DNA of 64,000 nucleotides from Candidatus Saccharimonadota bacterium (GCA_028286345.1 JAQBRT010000001.1:566567-630566); one strand, 5' to 3'; counted from the stretch's first letter, positions 35,418 through 45,103 are shown. Notes: a model not told the origin generated them from the sequence alone. Translations and numbers: made by a program.

Positions 35418-36253
35418 TGGCTATTAAGACTTACAACCCAACAACTCCTGGCCGCCGCGGCATGTCCAGCCAGGACTTTGACGTTATTACAACTAAGAAG
35501 CCATTGCGCTCACTGCTTGTTGCCCAAAAGCGCGGCAGTGGCCGTAACAACCAAGGCCGTATCACAACTCGTCACAAGGGTGGTGGTGCCCGCCAGTTCT
35601 ACCGCTTAGTTAACTTCAAGATGCTTGAAGGCCTGACAGCCACCATCGAACACATCGAGTACGATCCAAACCGCAGCGCCCGCATTGCCCGTATTAAAGA
35701 ACCAAATGGTACTTACCACTACATTCTTGCCGCAGGTGGTATGAAAGTTGGACAGGTCATTACATCTGGCGCAGAAGCCCCAATTGAAATGGGTAACCGC
35801 CTGCCAATCAAGAACATCCCTATTGGTAGCACCATCCACGCTATCGAGCTTAAAGTTGGTGGTGGTGCCCAGCTTGTCCGTTCAGCTGGCAACTCTGCCC
35901 AGCTGATGGGCCGTGACAACGGTTACGCCCAGGTTCGTTTGCCTAGTGGCGAAGTTCGCCTAATTAACGAAAACTGCACCGCCTCACTCGGCGTCATTGG
36001 TAACGAACAACACCAGAACGTAAAGATTGGTAAAGCCGGTCGTTCACGTCACTTAGGTAAGCGCCCAAGTGTCCGTGGTGTCGTTATGAATGCAGTTGAT
36101 CACCCGCACGGTGGTGGTGACGGTGGCCGTCACCGCATGGCTAAAGCGCCACGTACCCCTTGGGGTCAGAAGACGCTTGGTTTCAAGACCCGCCGCCGTA
36201 AGAATACTAGCCAGTTTATTGTAAAGACGCGTCACGCGGCGAAGAGGAAATAA
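35417..36253 (+). CDS. rplB: 50S ribosomal protein L2
   Basis: RGVVMNAVDHPHGGGDG signature. Confidence 0.97.
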   Translation: MAIKTYNPTTPGRRGMSSQDFDVITTKKPLRSLLVAQKRGSGRNNQGRITTRHKGGGARQFYRLVNFKMLEGLTATIEHIEYDPNRSARIARIKEPNGTYHYILAAGGMKVGQVITSGAEAPIEMGNRLPIKNIPIGSTIHAIELKVGGGAQLVRSAGNSAQLMGRDNGYAQVRLPSGEVRLINENCTASLGVIGNEQHQNVKIGKAGRSRHLGKRPSVRGVVMNAVDHPHGGGDGGRHRMAKAPRTPWGQKTLGFKTRRRKNTSQFIVKTRHAAKRK

Positions 36254-36256
36254 CGT

Positions 36257-36529
36257 ATGAGTCGTTCACTTAAAAAAGGTCCATACGTCGACTTCAAACT
36301 CGCTAAGAAAGTAGCGGCTTTGGGCGATGATGACCGTACCATTATCAAGACTTGGGCCCGTGCCAGCACTATTACGCCAGAATTTGTTGGCCGTACTGTC
36401 GCTGTCCACAACGGTAAAGTCCATGTCCCTGTATTTGTTACAGAAAACATGGTTGGCCACAAGCTCGGTGAGTTTAGCCCAACCCGTAAGTTCCGCAACC
36501 ACGGCGGTAAGTTAGCGAAGGGGAAATAG
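36257..36529 (+). CDS. rpsS: 30S ribosomal protein S19
   Basis: [12 protein letters not shown] and [10 protein letters not shown]. Confidence 0.97.
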   Translation: MSRSLKKGPYVDFKLAKKVAALGDDDRTIIKTWARASTITPEFVGRTVAVHNGKVHVPVFVTENMVGHKLGEFSPTRKFRNHGGKLAKGK

Positions 36530-36532
36530 GTC

Positions 36533-36928
36533 ATGCCAGTTCAAGCTATCGCTAAAGGTGTTCGTCACAGCCCACGCAAAATGGCTGTCGTTGCTGCCCT
36601 CGTCCGTGGCCGCTCTGTAGAAGACGCCCTGACTATCCTCGAACACACACCACGCCGCACGGCTATCGCTGTAAGCAAAGTTATCGCTAGTGCCAAAGCT
36701 AATGCTGACCACAACCACAACTACAAGCCTGCTACCTTGCAGATTACCGAAATCAGCGTCACAGCCGGTCCACGCCTCAAGCGTTACCGTCCTGCCTCCC
36801 ATGGCCGTGCTTTGCCATTCGAACGCAAGACTAGCCATATCCGCGTTGTTGTTGATGGTGAACTTCGTGCCACCGCTAAAGCTGTTAAATCCGCTGACAA
36901 ACCAGCAGAAGAGAAGGAGACAAAATAA
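36533..36928 (+). CDS. rplV: 50S ribosomal protein L22
   Basis: Operon position and the RHSPRKMAVVAALVRGRSVEDAL motif. Confidence 0.95.
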   Translation: MPVQAIAKGVRHSPRKMAVVAALVRGRSVEDALTILEHTPRRTAIAVSKVIASAKANADHNHNYKPATLQITEISVTAGPRLKRYRPASHGRALPFERKTSHIRVVVDGELRATAKAVKSADKPAEEKETK

Positions 36929-37554
36929 TGGGCCAAAAAGTAAACCCAATTAGCATGCGTCTCCAAGTTAATAAGGACTGGCGCAGCAAATGGTTCGTAA
37001 ACAAGCGTGATTACGCAAAGTTCTTAAAAGACGACCTAGCTGTCCGCCGCCTCATTGCCACCAAACTTGGCAGCCGTGCTGCAATCAATAAGGTTGAGAT
37101 TACCCGTACACCAAACTTGGTCACTGTTACTATCGCAACCGCTAAAGCCGGTGTTGTTATTGGCCGTGGTGGTGCTGGTGCAACCGAACTCAAGCTTTCT
37201 ATCGAAAAGATCTACAACGTCCCAACCCGCGTTAATATCGAAGAAGTCAAAAAGCCTGACCTCTACGCCAAGCTGGTTGCCGAGAACATAGCCCACCAAT
37301 TGGAACGCCGCATGAGCTTCCGCCGTGCTATTAAGTCAACTGCTGCTGCAACTATGCGCGCTGGTGCCAAGGGTGTCCGTATCCAGGTTGCCGGCCGTTT
37401 GAACGGCGCAGAAATGTCACGCACTGAAAAAGAAGTTGCTGGCTCAGTACCTCTGCACACCATTCGTGCAGACATCGACTACGCACATGTAAATGCAAAG
37501 ACCGTCGCTGGTATTATCGGCGTCAAGGTTTGGATCTACAAAGGGGATGCTTAA
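36928..37554 (+). CDS. rpsC: 30S ribosomal protein S3
   Basis: MGQKVNPISMRL and GRLNGAEMSRTE. Confidence 0.97.
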   Translation: MGQKVNPISMRLQVNKDWRSKWFVNKRDYAKFLKDDLAVRRLIATKLGSRAAINKVEITRTPNLVTVTIATAKAGVVIGRGGAGATELKLSIEKIYNVPTRVNIEEVKKPDLYAKLVAENIAHQLERRMSFRRAIKSTAAATMRAGAKGVRIQVAGRLNGAEMSRTEKEVAGSVPLHTIRADIDYAHVNAKTVAGIIGVKVWIYKGDA

Positions 37555-37557
37555 GTC

Positions 37558-37971
37558 ATGTTAATGCCAAAGCGTACTAAATTCCGAAAGGTCCGAAAGG
37601 GCAAGATCCGTGGCGTCGCTACTAGCGGCCACTACATTGCTTACGGCGAATTCGCTCTCCAGGCCCAAGGCCATGATCGCATTACTAGCCGCCAAATCGA
37701 AGCCTCACGTCAGGCTATGACCCGCTACATCAAGCGTGGTGGTAAGATTTGGATCCGCATTTTTCCTCACACCCCTGTTACCCGCAAGCCACAGGACGTT
37801 AAGATGGGTAGCGGTAAAGGTTCACCTGAATTCTTCGTTGCCAAGGTTCGTCCTGGCACCATCTTGTTTGAAATGCAGGGTGTCCCAGAAGAAATTGCCC
37901 GCGAAGCTATGCGTCTCGCTGCCCACAAACTACCTGTTAAGACCAAGTTCTTGACCCGGGAGGATGCATAA
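37558..37971 (+). CDS. rplP: 50S ribosomal protein L16
   Basis: [12 protein letters not shown]-terminus. Confidence 0.97.
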   Translation: MLMPKRTKFRKVRKGKIRGVATSGHYIAYGEFALQAQGHDRITSRQIEASRQAMTRYIKRGGKIWIRIFPHTPVTRKPQDVKMGSGKGSPEFFVAKVRPGTILFEMQGVPEEIAREAMRLAAHKLPVKTKFLTREDA

Positions 37972-38171
37972 TGAAGGTAACCGAAATCCGTAAGCTTTCA
38001 ACTACTGAACTAACTACTGAAAGCACTAAACTGCGCGAAGAAATCGCCGAGTTGAAGCGCCGCCTACACATGGGCGAAGTTTCAAACGTCCGTATTATTC
38101 GCACTAAGCGTAAAGATCTGGCGCGCCTGCTGACTGTCCTCAGCGAAGCGCTTGTAAAGGAGGCCAAATAA
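37971..38171 (+). CDS. rpmC: 50S ribosomal protein L29
   Basis: 66 aa, LREEIAELKRRL motif, operon position. Confidence 0.93.
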   Translation: MKVTEIRKLSTTELTTESTKLREEIAELKRRLHMGEVSNVRIIRTKRKDLARLLTVLSEALVKEAK

Positions 38172-38494
38172 TGGCTAAGTCACTCGTAGGTGTTGTTACA
38201 TCTAGCAAGGGCGACAAGACCATTGTGGTCACCGTCGCAACCCGCAAAACCCACCCGTTGTACCGCAAACAGTACACTGTTACCAAGAAGTTTATGGCTC
38301 ACGATGAAAAGAATGAAGCCCAAAACGGTGACAAGGTGGAAATTATTGAAACCCGTCCAATCAGCGCCCGCAAGCACCACGCTTTGAGCCGCATTATCGA
38401 GAAGCCAAAACTTCGCGAAGACTCATTGGTTGCCCTCAAGGTTACAGAAGAGCCAAAGGCTGAAAAGCCAGCAGCAGCAGAGGAGGCTAAATAA
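38171..38494 (+). CDS. rpsQ: 30S ribosomal protein S17 (with C-terminal extension)
   Basis: [14 protein letters not shown] and HPLYRK motifs, with an Ala/Glu/Lys/Pro tail. Confidence 0.95.
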   Translation: MAKSLVGVVTSSKGDKTIVVTVATRKTHPLYRKQYTVTKKFMAHDEKNEAQNGDKVEIIETRPISARKHHALSRIIEKPKLREDSLVALKVTEEPKAEKPAAAEEAK

Positions 38495-38862
38495 TGATTC
38501 AGCAAGAATCACGTCTTATCGTCTGCGATAATTCCGGCGCTAAGGAAATCCTGTGCATCCGTGTACTCGGTGGCACCCGCCGCCGTTACGCTGGCGTTGG
38601 TGACGTTATTGTAGCCACTGTTAAGCAAGCTGCTCCAAACGGCACCGTTAAAAAACACGCTGTGATCAAAGCAGTTGTTGTCCGCACCCGTAACACCATC
38701 CGTCGCAAAGACGGTTCGACCATCAAATTTGATGACAACGCCGCTGTAATTATTGGTGACGATAAACTACCACGCGCAACCCGTATTTTTGGGCCAGTCC
38801 CCCGCGAACTGCGTGATCAGGGCTACAGCAAGATTATTTCACTTGCTCCGGAGGTTTTGTAA
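38494..38862 (+). CDS. rplN: 50S ribosomal protein L14
   Basis: [17 protein letters not shown]. Confidence 0.97.
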   Translation: MIQQESRLIVCDNSGAKEILCIRVLGGTRRRYAGVGDVIVATVKQAAPNGTVKKHAVIKAVVVRTRNTIRRKDGSTIKFDDNAAVIIGDDKLPRATRIFGPVPRELRDQGYSKIISLAPEVL

Positions 38863-39203
38863 TGAATACTACTGATAAGAAAGTCTTTAAAATCCGCCTT
38901 AAGAAAGGTGACACTGTTGTCATCCGCACAGGCAAGTACAAAGGCCAGACCGGTAAGATCACTGCCACCCACCCAAGCGAGAACAAAGTTACCGTTGAAG
39001 GCATTAACATCGTTAAAAAGCACGTTAAGCCAAACCAAACTAACCCACAGGGTGCGATCCTCGAGATCACTAAGCCAATTTGGGTCAGCAAGGTCGCTAT
39101 CGTCGAGCCAACCTCAAAGAAGCCAAGCCGCATCGGCTATGACCTTAAGAGCGATGGCACTAAGACTCGTATATTTAAGAAGTCTGGAAAGGAGATTAAG
39201 TAA
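38862..39203 (+). CDS. rplX: 50S ribosomal protein L24
   Basis: KKGDTVVIRTGKYKGQTGKI KOW motif. Confidence 0.95.
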   Translation: MNTTDKKVFKIRLKKGDTVVIRTGKYKGQTGKITATHPSENKVTVEGINIVKKHVKPNQTNPQGAILEITKPIWVSKVAIVEPTSKKPSRIGYDLKSDGTKTRIFKKSGKEIK

Positions 39204-39826
39204 TGGCAACTACCCCGGCCACCCGCCCCGCTACCGAAAAGAAACCAGCAAAAGCTGCGGCTAAAGCACCGGTCACTACTGTACGTCTCCGCACCCAGTA
39301 CAACACCGTTATTGCTGCCGAACTATTAAAAGAACTTGGGCTAAAGAACCCACACCAGGTTCCAAAACTCGAGAAGATTGTCGTTAACTGTGGCCTTGGC
39401 CGCGCTAAGGACGACAAGCACATTATGGAAGTCGCTGCTAACACGCTGCGCAAGATTACCGGCCAGTCACCTGTTGAAACTATCGCCAAGAACTCCATCG
39501 CCGGCTTTAAGCTCCGCGAAGGTAACAAGATCGGCCTTAAAATCACCCTACGTGGCGATAAGATGTACGAATTTGTTGACCGTTTAGTTACTATTGTCCT
39601 GCCACGCCTGCGTGACTTTCACGGTGTTAGCGCTAAGGCTTTTGACCAGCAAGGCAACTACAGCCTTGGCTTTACTGACCAATCCGTTTTTCCAGAACTC
39701 TCATTCGAAGAAACCACCACGCCACACGGCCTACAAGTTGTATTTGTTATTAAGAGTCAAGAAAAAGAGCATGCCCAGGCACTACTGACTAAGTTTGGTA
39801 TGCCATTTGAGAAGGAGGCCAAGTAA
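39203..39826 (+). CDS. rplE: 50S ribosomal protein L5 (with N-terminal Ala/Lys/Pro extension)
   Basis: KIVVNCGLG and FRGLD-like [11 protein letters not shown] motifs, plus operon position. Confidence 0.95.
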   Translation: MATTPATRPATEKKPAKAAAKAPVTTVRLRTQYNTVIAAELLKELGLKNPHQVPKLEKIVVNCGLGRAKDDKHIMEVAANTLRKITGQSPVETIAKNSIAGFKLREGNKIGLKITLRGDKMYEFVDRLVTIVLPRLRDFHGVSAKAFDQQGNYSLGFTDQSVFPELSFEETTTPHGLQVVFVIKSQEKEHAQALLTKFGMPFEKEAK

Positions 39827-40095
39827 TGGCTAAGAAATCTATTGTTGCACGTGATGCCAAGCGCATCCGAATGATTGAAAAATACGCTGCCAAGCGTGCT
39901 GAGCTCAAAGAGCTCGGTGACCAAGAAGGTCTGGCCAAGTTGCCACGCAATTCCAGCCCAACCCGCCGTACCAACCGTTGTGTTGAGACCGGCCGTTCAC
40001 GCGGCTTTATGCGCCAGTTTGGCCTTAGCCGCCTGAGTTTCCGCGAGCATGCAAGCAAGGGCGAAATCCCTGGTGTAACGAAGTCGAGCTGGTAG
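39826..40095 (+). CDS. rpsN: 30S ribosomal protein S14, long zinc-independent (C-) form
   Basis: 89 aa, no CxxC pairs, C-terminus [11 protein letters not shown]. Confidence 0.95.
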   Translation: MAKKSIVARDAKRIRMIEKYAAKRAELKELGDQEGLAKLPRNSSPTRRTNRCVETGRSRGFMRQFGLSRLSFREHASKGEIPGVTKSSW

Positions 40096-40104
40096 GAGGA
40101 ATAT

Positions 40105-40506
40105 ATGAGCACTACATCAACCGATCCAATTGCAGATATGTTCACTCGTATTCGTAACGCTATCGCGGTACGCAAGAATGAGGTAACCCTACCACACAGC
40201 AAAGTTAAAGAAGCTGTTGCCCGGCTTTTGGCGGACAGCAACTTTATTGACGGCGTCAAAGTCGGTGACCAAAAGATTGGCAAAACCATGACCGTCACCA
40301 TCAACCCCGAAGGCACCAACGCCCGCATTACCGAAATCACCCGCCTCAGTAAGCCAGGCCGCCGCTACTACGTAAACAGCCAGGAAATCCCAACTGTGAA
40401 GCGTGGCCGTGGCATCGTTATTGTAAGCACGAGCAAAGGTCTGATGACCGGCGTTCAAGCCAAGAGCGAAAAAGTCGGCGGTGAATTAATTTGTAAAGTT
40501 TATTAG
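40105..40506 (+). CDS. rpsH: 30S ribosomal protein S8
   Basis: TDPIADMFTRIRNA N-terminal motif. Confidence 0.97.
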   Translation: MSTTSTDPIADMFTRIRNAIAVRKNEVTLPHSKVKEAVARLLADSNFIDGVKVGDQKIGKTMTVTINPEGTNARITEITRLSKPGRRYYVNSQEIPTVKRGRGIVIVSTSKGLMTGVQAKSEKVGGELICKVY

Positions 40507-40524
40507 GAATATTAAGGAAATACT

Positions 40525-41064
40525 ATGAGTCGTATAGGAAAACTACCGATCGCCATCCCGAGCGGTGTGACAATCACTGTCGACCCTGCTGAAATTACCG
40601 TCGCTGGTAGCAAAGGAACGCTCAAGCAGTTCACAATGCCAGACATTACGGTCGCTCAGGAAGGTTCGGAACTGATTGTTAGCCGTGCTAACGATGAGCC
40701 AAAAATCCGTGCCAAGCACGGCCTGATGCGGGCACTGATCAACAACATGGTTGTTGGTGTCAGTACCGGTTTTAGCAAAAAACTAGAAATCAACGGTGTT
40801 GGTTATCGTGTTGCAGCCCAAGGCACCGATCTCAAGCTAAACCTCGGTTTCTCGCATGATGTTATTTACAAAATGCCAGCCGGCGTTACCGCTGCCCTCG
40901 AGCAGAACACCATCACCGTTTCTGGCATTAGCAAACAGCAAGTTGGCCAGGTCGCAGCCGAAATCCGCGCCCTGAAGAAGCCAGAACCTTACAAAGGTAA
41001 GGGTATTAAATACGAAGGCGAGCGCATTATCCGCAAGTCTGGTAAGAGCGGTAAGGAGAAGTAA
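40525..41064 (+). CDS. rplF: 50S ribosomal protein L6
   Basis: MSRIGKLPI N-terminus and EPYKGKGIKY. Confidence 0.97.
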   Translation: MSRIGKLPIAIPSGVTITVDPAEITVAGSKGTLKQFTMPDITVAQEGSELIVSRANDEPKIRAKHGLMRALINNMVVGVSTGFSKKLEINGVGYRVAAQGTDLKLNLGFSHDVIYKMPAGVTAALEQNTITVSGISKQQVGQVAAEIRALKKPEPYKGKGIKYEGERIIRKSGKSGKEK

Positions 41065-41420
41065 TGAACTCACTCGCACATAAATTGCACAACCGCGTTC
41101 AGCGCAAAAAACGTATCCGCTCTGTCGTTTCTGGCACTGCTGTACGTCCACGGCTTTCTGTCTACATTAGTAACAGCCACGTGACTGCCCAGCTGATCGA
41201 TGACACGGCCCACAAAACTTTGGCCTACGTTACCACTGTTGGCAACAAAGCCGCTAAAGGTACCATGACTGAAAAAGCTGCCGCTATTGGCGCTGAAGTG
41301 GCCAAGCAAGCAAAGACCGCTAAGATTAAAACCGTCGTCTTCGACCGCGGTGGCAAACTCTACCATGGCCGCGTTGCAGCCTTGGCAGATGCTGCCCGTA
41401 AAGAAGGACTGGAGTTCTAG
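41064..41420 (+). CDS. rplR: 50S ribosomal protein L18
   Basis: RPRLSVYISNSHVTAQLIDD, VFDRGGKLYHGRVAALADAARKEGLEF. Confidence 0.96.
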   Translation: MNSLAHKLHNRVQRKKRIRSVVSGTAVRPRLSVYISNSHVTAQLIDDTAHKTLAYVTTVGNKAAKGTMTEKAAAIGAEVAKQAKTAKIKTVVFDRGGKLYHGRVAALADAARKEGLEF

Positions 41421-42002
41421 ATGGCTGATGCACCACAATCACAATCACAAAATCGGGGTGGGGAACGCCGTGGACGCCGCCCAGACATGGTTCCTGAAGA
41501 GAAGCAGTTTGACGAGCGCACATTGCACATTGACCGCGTTGCCCGTGTTGTTAAGGGTGGCCGCCGCTTCCGCTTCCGAGCCCTCGTAGTCGTTGGCGAC
41601 CGTAAGCACAAAGTTGGTGTTGGTACCGCTAAAGGCGCTGACGTTACTGCTGCTGTTGCTAAGGCAACTGAAGTTGCAAAGAAAAACTTCATTACTGTTT
41701 CTTTGTACAAAGGCACTCTGCCACACGAAGTTGAAACTAAAGTCTCTGGCGCCCGCATTTTGCTCAAGCCGGCTGCGCCTGGTACTGGTCTTATAGCTGG
41801 TGGTGTTGTGCGGACAGTCCTTGAAGTCGCTGGTGTTAAGAACGCCTTGTCCAAGTCACTCGGTTCAACCAACAAGACCAACACGGCTTACGCTACTATC
41901 CAAGCCCTAGAAAGCCTGATACCTGCTAAGGATTGGGTTACTACCAAAACTGCAGCCGCTAAAAAGCCAGCTGCCAAAGCTAAAGCAAAGGTAGAAGCAT
42001 AA
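41421..42002 (+). CDS. rpsE: 30S ribosomal protein S5 (with N- and C-terminal extensions)
   Basis: RVARVVKGGRRFRFRALVVVGD and GTGLIAGGVVR. Confidence 0.96.
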   Translation: MADAPQSQSQNRGGERRGRRPDMVPEEKQFDERTLHIDRVARVVKGGRRFRFRALVVVGDRKHKVGVGTAKGADVTAAVAKATEVAKKNFITVSLYKGTLPHEVETKVSGARILLKPAAPGTGLIAGGVVRTVLEVAGVKNALSKSLGSTNKTNTAYATIQALESLIPAKDWVTTKTAAAKKPAAKAKAKVEA

Positions 42003-42517
42003 TGAAGTACCACGAACTTAAAAGCACTAAGCAAAAACCAGCCAACCGCGTTGGCCGTGGTATTGCTGCCGGCCAGGGTAAAACCGCTGGACGCGGTACC
42101 AAAGGTTATGGCGCGCGTACTGGTTCTAAGGCTAAGCCAGGTTTTGCTGGTGGCCAGAACCCACTCATGCAAGCTTTGCCAAAACTGCCTGGTTTCCGCA
42201 GCTACCGCATTGCAGCAGAAAACGTTTACACCGGCCAGCTCGACCGTTTTGCTGGTAAGACTGCCGACACGGCAGCCCTAGCCGCCGCCGGTTTGATCTC
42301 TAGCCCATACGTTAACGTTAAGCTGATCGCTAAAGGCGAAGTAACCAAGAAAGTTACAGTCCAGCTCCAAGGCGCATCAGCCTCAGCCATTGCTGCAGTC
42401 CAGACCGCTGGTGGTTCATTCGAGAAGGTCGCCCGCCTTGGCCGCCCATCGACCACGGAAAACCCTAAAAAGGTTAACCGCGAGCGCAAGCCACAGAAGC
42501 ACACCAAAAAAGTCTAG
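42002..42517 (+). CDS. rplO: 50S ribosomal protein L15
   Basis: RVGRGIAAGQGKTAGRGTKG. Its start overlaps the rpsE stop by 1 nt, so no rpmD lies between them. Confidence 0.96.
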   Translation: MKYHELKSTKQKPANRVGRGIAAGQGKTAGRGTKGYGARTGSKAKPGFAGGQNPLMQALPKLPGFRSYRIAAENVYTGQLDRFAGKTADTAALAAAGLISSPYVNVKLIAKGEVTKKVTVQLQGASASAIAAVQTAGGSFEKVARLGRPSTTENPKKVNRERKPQKHTKKV

Positions 42518-42535
42518 TCCCAGCACTGATTTTAC

Positions 42536-42561
42536 AAACCGCTCTTCTGGAGCGGTTTTTG
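42536..42561 (+). terminator. Rho-independent terminator after rplO
   Basis: CCGCTC-ttctg-GAGCGG flanked by an A-run and a T-run. Confidence 0.75.
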
Positions 42562-42565
42562 GTTG

Positions 42566-42571
42566 TATACT
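42566..42571 (+). promoter_or_regulatory. -10 box TATACT, 7 nt upstream of ATG 42579 (putative leaderless promoter)
   Basis: TATACT at 42566-42571, spacer gaaaatc, then ATG. Confidence 0.4.
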
Positions 42572-42578
42572 GAAAATC

Positions 42579-43016
42579 ATGAGCAACTATCGAATCTTGC
42601 TGAAACGGCAGCAAATAGAAAAGACACCACGGGGAAACGGACAAAGGTTAACATACGACCGCAGCCGTGTAACTCGCAGCCAAGCACTCTGGGGTGGTGA
42701 CAGCCCGCCACCACCAGAAACAATAGAGGCAGCGGTAACCAAAGCACAACTGGCTGCTGAAGATAGGTTCAACCCGATGCTTAATCCGTCTTGGCGGCTC
42801 CGGCCAGCAGTCCTGTCGGAGACTATTCTTCTTCAACAGCAACGTACACCGAAAATATTAGGCTGGAAAACATTGCAGCTAGCAGAGGTTACTGCACTAG
42901 CTGAGGACGGCTTACAAGAGGCTCTAACTTTTGATGACCCTCAGCCGGGATTGGCTAAAAGAGTCCTGGCATTTATCATGGACAATGATCCAGTGCTCCA
43001 TGCTTCAAAGCGTTAA
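42579..43016 (+). CDS. Hypothetical 145-aa protein (insert 5, rplO|secY junction)
   Basis: Open frame MSNYRILLKRQQIEK.... The track's 42390 extension overlaps rplO and the terminator, so it is trimmed. Confidence 0.5.
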   Translation: MSNYRILLKRQQIEKTPRGNGQRLTYDRSRVTRSQALWGGDSPPPPETIEAAVTKAQLAAEDRFNPMLNPSWRLRPAVLSETILLQQQRTPKILGWKTLQLAEVTALAEDGLQEALTFDDPQPGLAKRVLAFIMDNDPVLHASKR

Positions 43017-43104
43017 TGGTATTTCATGAAAATTTTTAGCCAGCTGACGCTATATCTTGTATACTAGTTGGGAACAGATTACTTATTAGGGGTAGATAAA
43101 ACAC

Positions 43105-44601
43105 ATGAACTGGAAGATTATTGGACGTTCCCTCGGGCATGGCGATATGCGCAAGCGTATTTTTGCAGTGCTCGGCATTTTACTGGTATTTCGTATTTTA
43201 GCGCACATCCCGGTGCCACTGGCAGATCCCACCACTTTACATCAGGTCCTAAAGAACCTCTTTACCTCCAACAACACCCCGCAGCTGATTAGCTTTATTA
43301 ATGTCCTATCGGGCGGTGCGCTGGCTAACTTCTCAATTATGATTGCTGGCCTTGGCCCGTACATTAACGCCTCGATCATCATGCAGCTACTCACCAAAGC
43401 TATCCCACAGCTTGAAGCGCTGCACAAAGAAGGTGAGTTTGGCCAAAAGAAAATCAACCAGATGACGCGTATGATTACGTTGCCGCTGGCTATTATCCAG
43501 TCCATAGGGTCAATTTACCTGATCCGCACCTACGCCAACAGTATTGGCGGTATTGGCGATATCACCGCTCATGCCACCCTCATGCAGTGGGTACTAATGG
43601 TTGCCTCGTTGGCTGGTGGTTCAATGCTGCTGATGTGGCTTGGTGAGCTGGTGACTGAACAGAGTGTTGGTAACGGTATCTCGCTTCTAATCACGGTAGG
43701 TATTGTTAGCGCCTTACCTAGCCAGATTTCGAGCATTGTCAGTTCTGTAGTTAATAAGAACGACCACTGGCGTTTGTTTGGCCATAACTTCCCGGTTAAT
43801 AAAACGGCCTTTTTATATGCAGCGATTATTGCGGTTTCGGTATTAGTGGTGACTTGGCTGGTGGTGGTACTTAATGAGGCCTCGCGTAACCTGACGGTTA
43901 ACTACGCCAAACGTGTTCAGGGCAACCGGGCGTACGGTGGTGTTACAACTGTCTTGCCGGTTAAACTGATTACCGCCGGCGTGGTACCAATCATTTTTGC
44001 TGTCGCATTCCTCAGTGTGCCAAGCTTTGTGGGCCAGCTACTGACCAGCTCACACAGCGCCCGGCTGGCAGAGTGGGGCACTAAAGCCGCCACTTGGTTC
44101 CAAACGCCGTCCGCAACCACTTTCCATAGCCTCGGCTGGCATGCCTATATCTACCCAATAACCTACTTTGTCCTGGTGTTTGCCTTTACCTACTTCTACA
44201 CCAGTATCACTTTCAACTCAAAAGAGATTTCTGAAAACCTACACAAGCAGGGCGGCTTCCTTGAGGGTGTTCGCTCTGGCCTGCAAACCGAGAAGTACCT
44301 CACGAAGACCATCAACCGCTTAACGTTCTTTGGTGCCCTGAGCCTAGGCCTCTTGGCTGTCCTCCCAATTGTTGCCCAGGTATTCGTAAGCTCCAGTATT
44401 ACTATCGGCGGTACTAGTGTGCTCATCTTAGTATCTGTAGCCTTGCAAACACTGCGTGCCGTTGAGTCACGCGCCTTGATGGTCACATATGACCAATACA
44501 GCCAGCCTGAGTTCTTCCATGACTCTCTCGGTGGCGAGGCGCCAACTGGCCGTTTTCAGTTCCTGCGTAAGCTTAAGCCATCTCGCAAAGCAAAATCATA
44601 A
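43105..44601 (+). CDS. secY: Preprotein translocase subunit SecY
   Basis: Ten predicted hydrophobic segments, the motifs LGILLVFRILAHIPVP and SIMIAGLGPYINASIIMQLL, and operon position. 498 aa with a basic C-terminal extension. Confidence 0.95.
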   Translation: MNWKIIGRSLGHGDMRKRIFAVLGILLVFRILAHIPVPLADPTTLHQVLKNLFTSNNTPQLISFINVLSGGALANFSIMIAGLGPYINASIIMQLLTKAIPQLEALHKEGEFGQKKINQMTRMITLPLAIIQSIGSIYLIRTYANSIGGIGDITAHATLMQWVLMVASLAGGSMLLMWLGELVTEQSVGNGISLLITVGIVSALPSQISSIVSSVVNKNDHWRLFGHNFPVNKTAFLYAAIIAVSVLVVTWLVVVLNEASRNLTVNYAKRVQGNRAYGGVTTVLPVKLITAGVVPIIFAVAFLSVPSFVGQLLTSSHSARLAEWGTKAATWFQTPSATTFHSLGWHAYIYPITYFVLVFAFTYFYTSITFNSKEISENLHKQGGFLEGVRSGLQTEKYLTKTINRLTFFGALSLGLLAVLPIVAQVFVSSSITIGGTSVLILVSVALQTLRAVESRALMVTYDQYSQPEFFHDSLGGEAPTGRFQFLRKLKPSRKAKS

Positions 44602-44667
44602 GTGCTATAGTAGAAGCTACCAATACGGCTTCGCCGCACCGGATCTGTTTAGTGATACAAAAACACT

Positions 44668-44695
44668 TTGCAAACGTTGTTTTCTCTGCTATAAT
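44668..44695 (+). promoter_or_regulatory. Promoter TTGCAA-16 nt-TGcTATAAT upstream of infA
   Basis: -35 at 44668-44673 and an extended -10 with TATAAT at 44690-44695. ATG 44713 follows with no evident SD. Confidence 0.55.
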
Positions 44696-44712
44696 TAACC
44701 CTTGTTATATTT

Positions 44713-44934
44713 ATGGCCGCAAATAAGGAAGTAATCGAGCTCACGGGAACAATTGTTGAGACCCTCCCAGGGACTCAATTTCGTGTAGAACTCGAGAATG
44801 GCCATCAAATCATAGCTCACGTTGCAGGCAAGATGCGGAAGCATTTCATCCGTATCGTGCCAGGTGACAGCGTTACCGTAGAATTGACACCTTATGATCT
44901 TACTAAGGGTCGGATTACGTACCGCAAAGGTTAA
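44713..44934 (+). CDS. infA: Translation initiation factor IF-1
   Basis: 73 aa. [45 protein letters not shown]. Confidence 0.97.
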   Translation: MAANKEVIELTGTIVETLPGTQFRVELENGHQIIAHVAGKMRKHFIRIVPGDSVTVELTPYDLTKGRITYRKG

Positions 44935-44984
44935 CAAATTATTAATATAAGCAGTGAGTCATCTCGGAGAGGAGAATGATCCGC

Positions 44985-45101
44985 ATGAAAGTGCGTGCAA
45001 GCGTTAAAAAAATCAGCCCCGATGATAAGTTAGTTCGTCGCAAGGGCCGTTTATATGTTATTAACAAGCTTAAACCTAAGCATAAGCAGAGGCAGGGTTA
45101 A
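44985..45101 (+). CDS. rpmJ: 50S ribosomal protein L36, zinc-independent (C-) form; below the ORF-track length cutoff
   Basis: My translation is [51 protein letters not shown] lies upstream, and the stop is 2 nt before rpsM. Confidence 0.9.
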   Translation: MKVRASVKKISPDDKLVRRKGRLYVINKLKPKHKQRQG

Positions 45102-45103
45102 GC

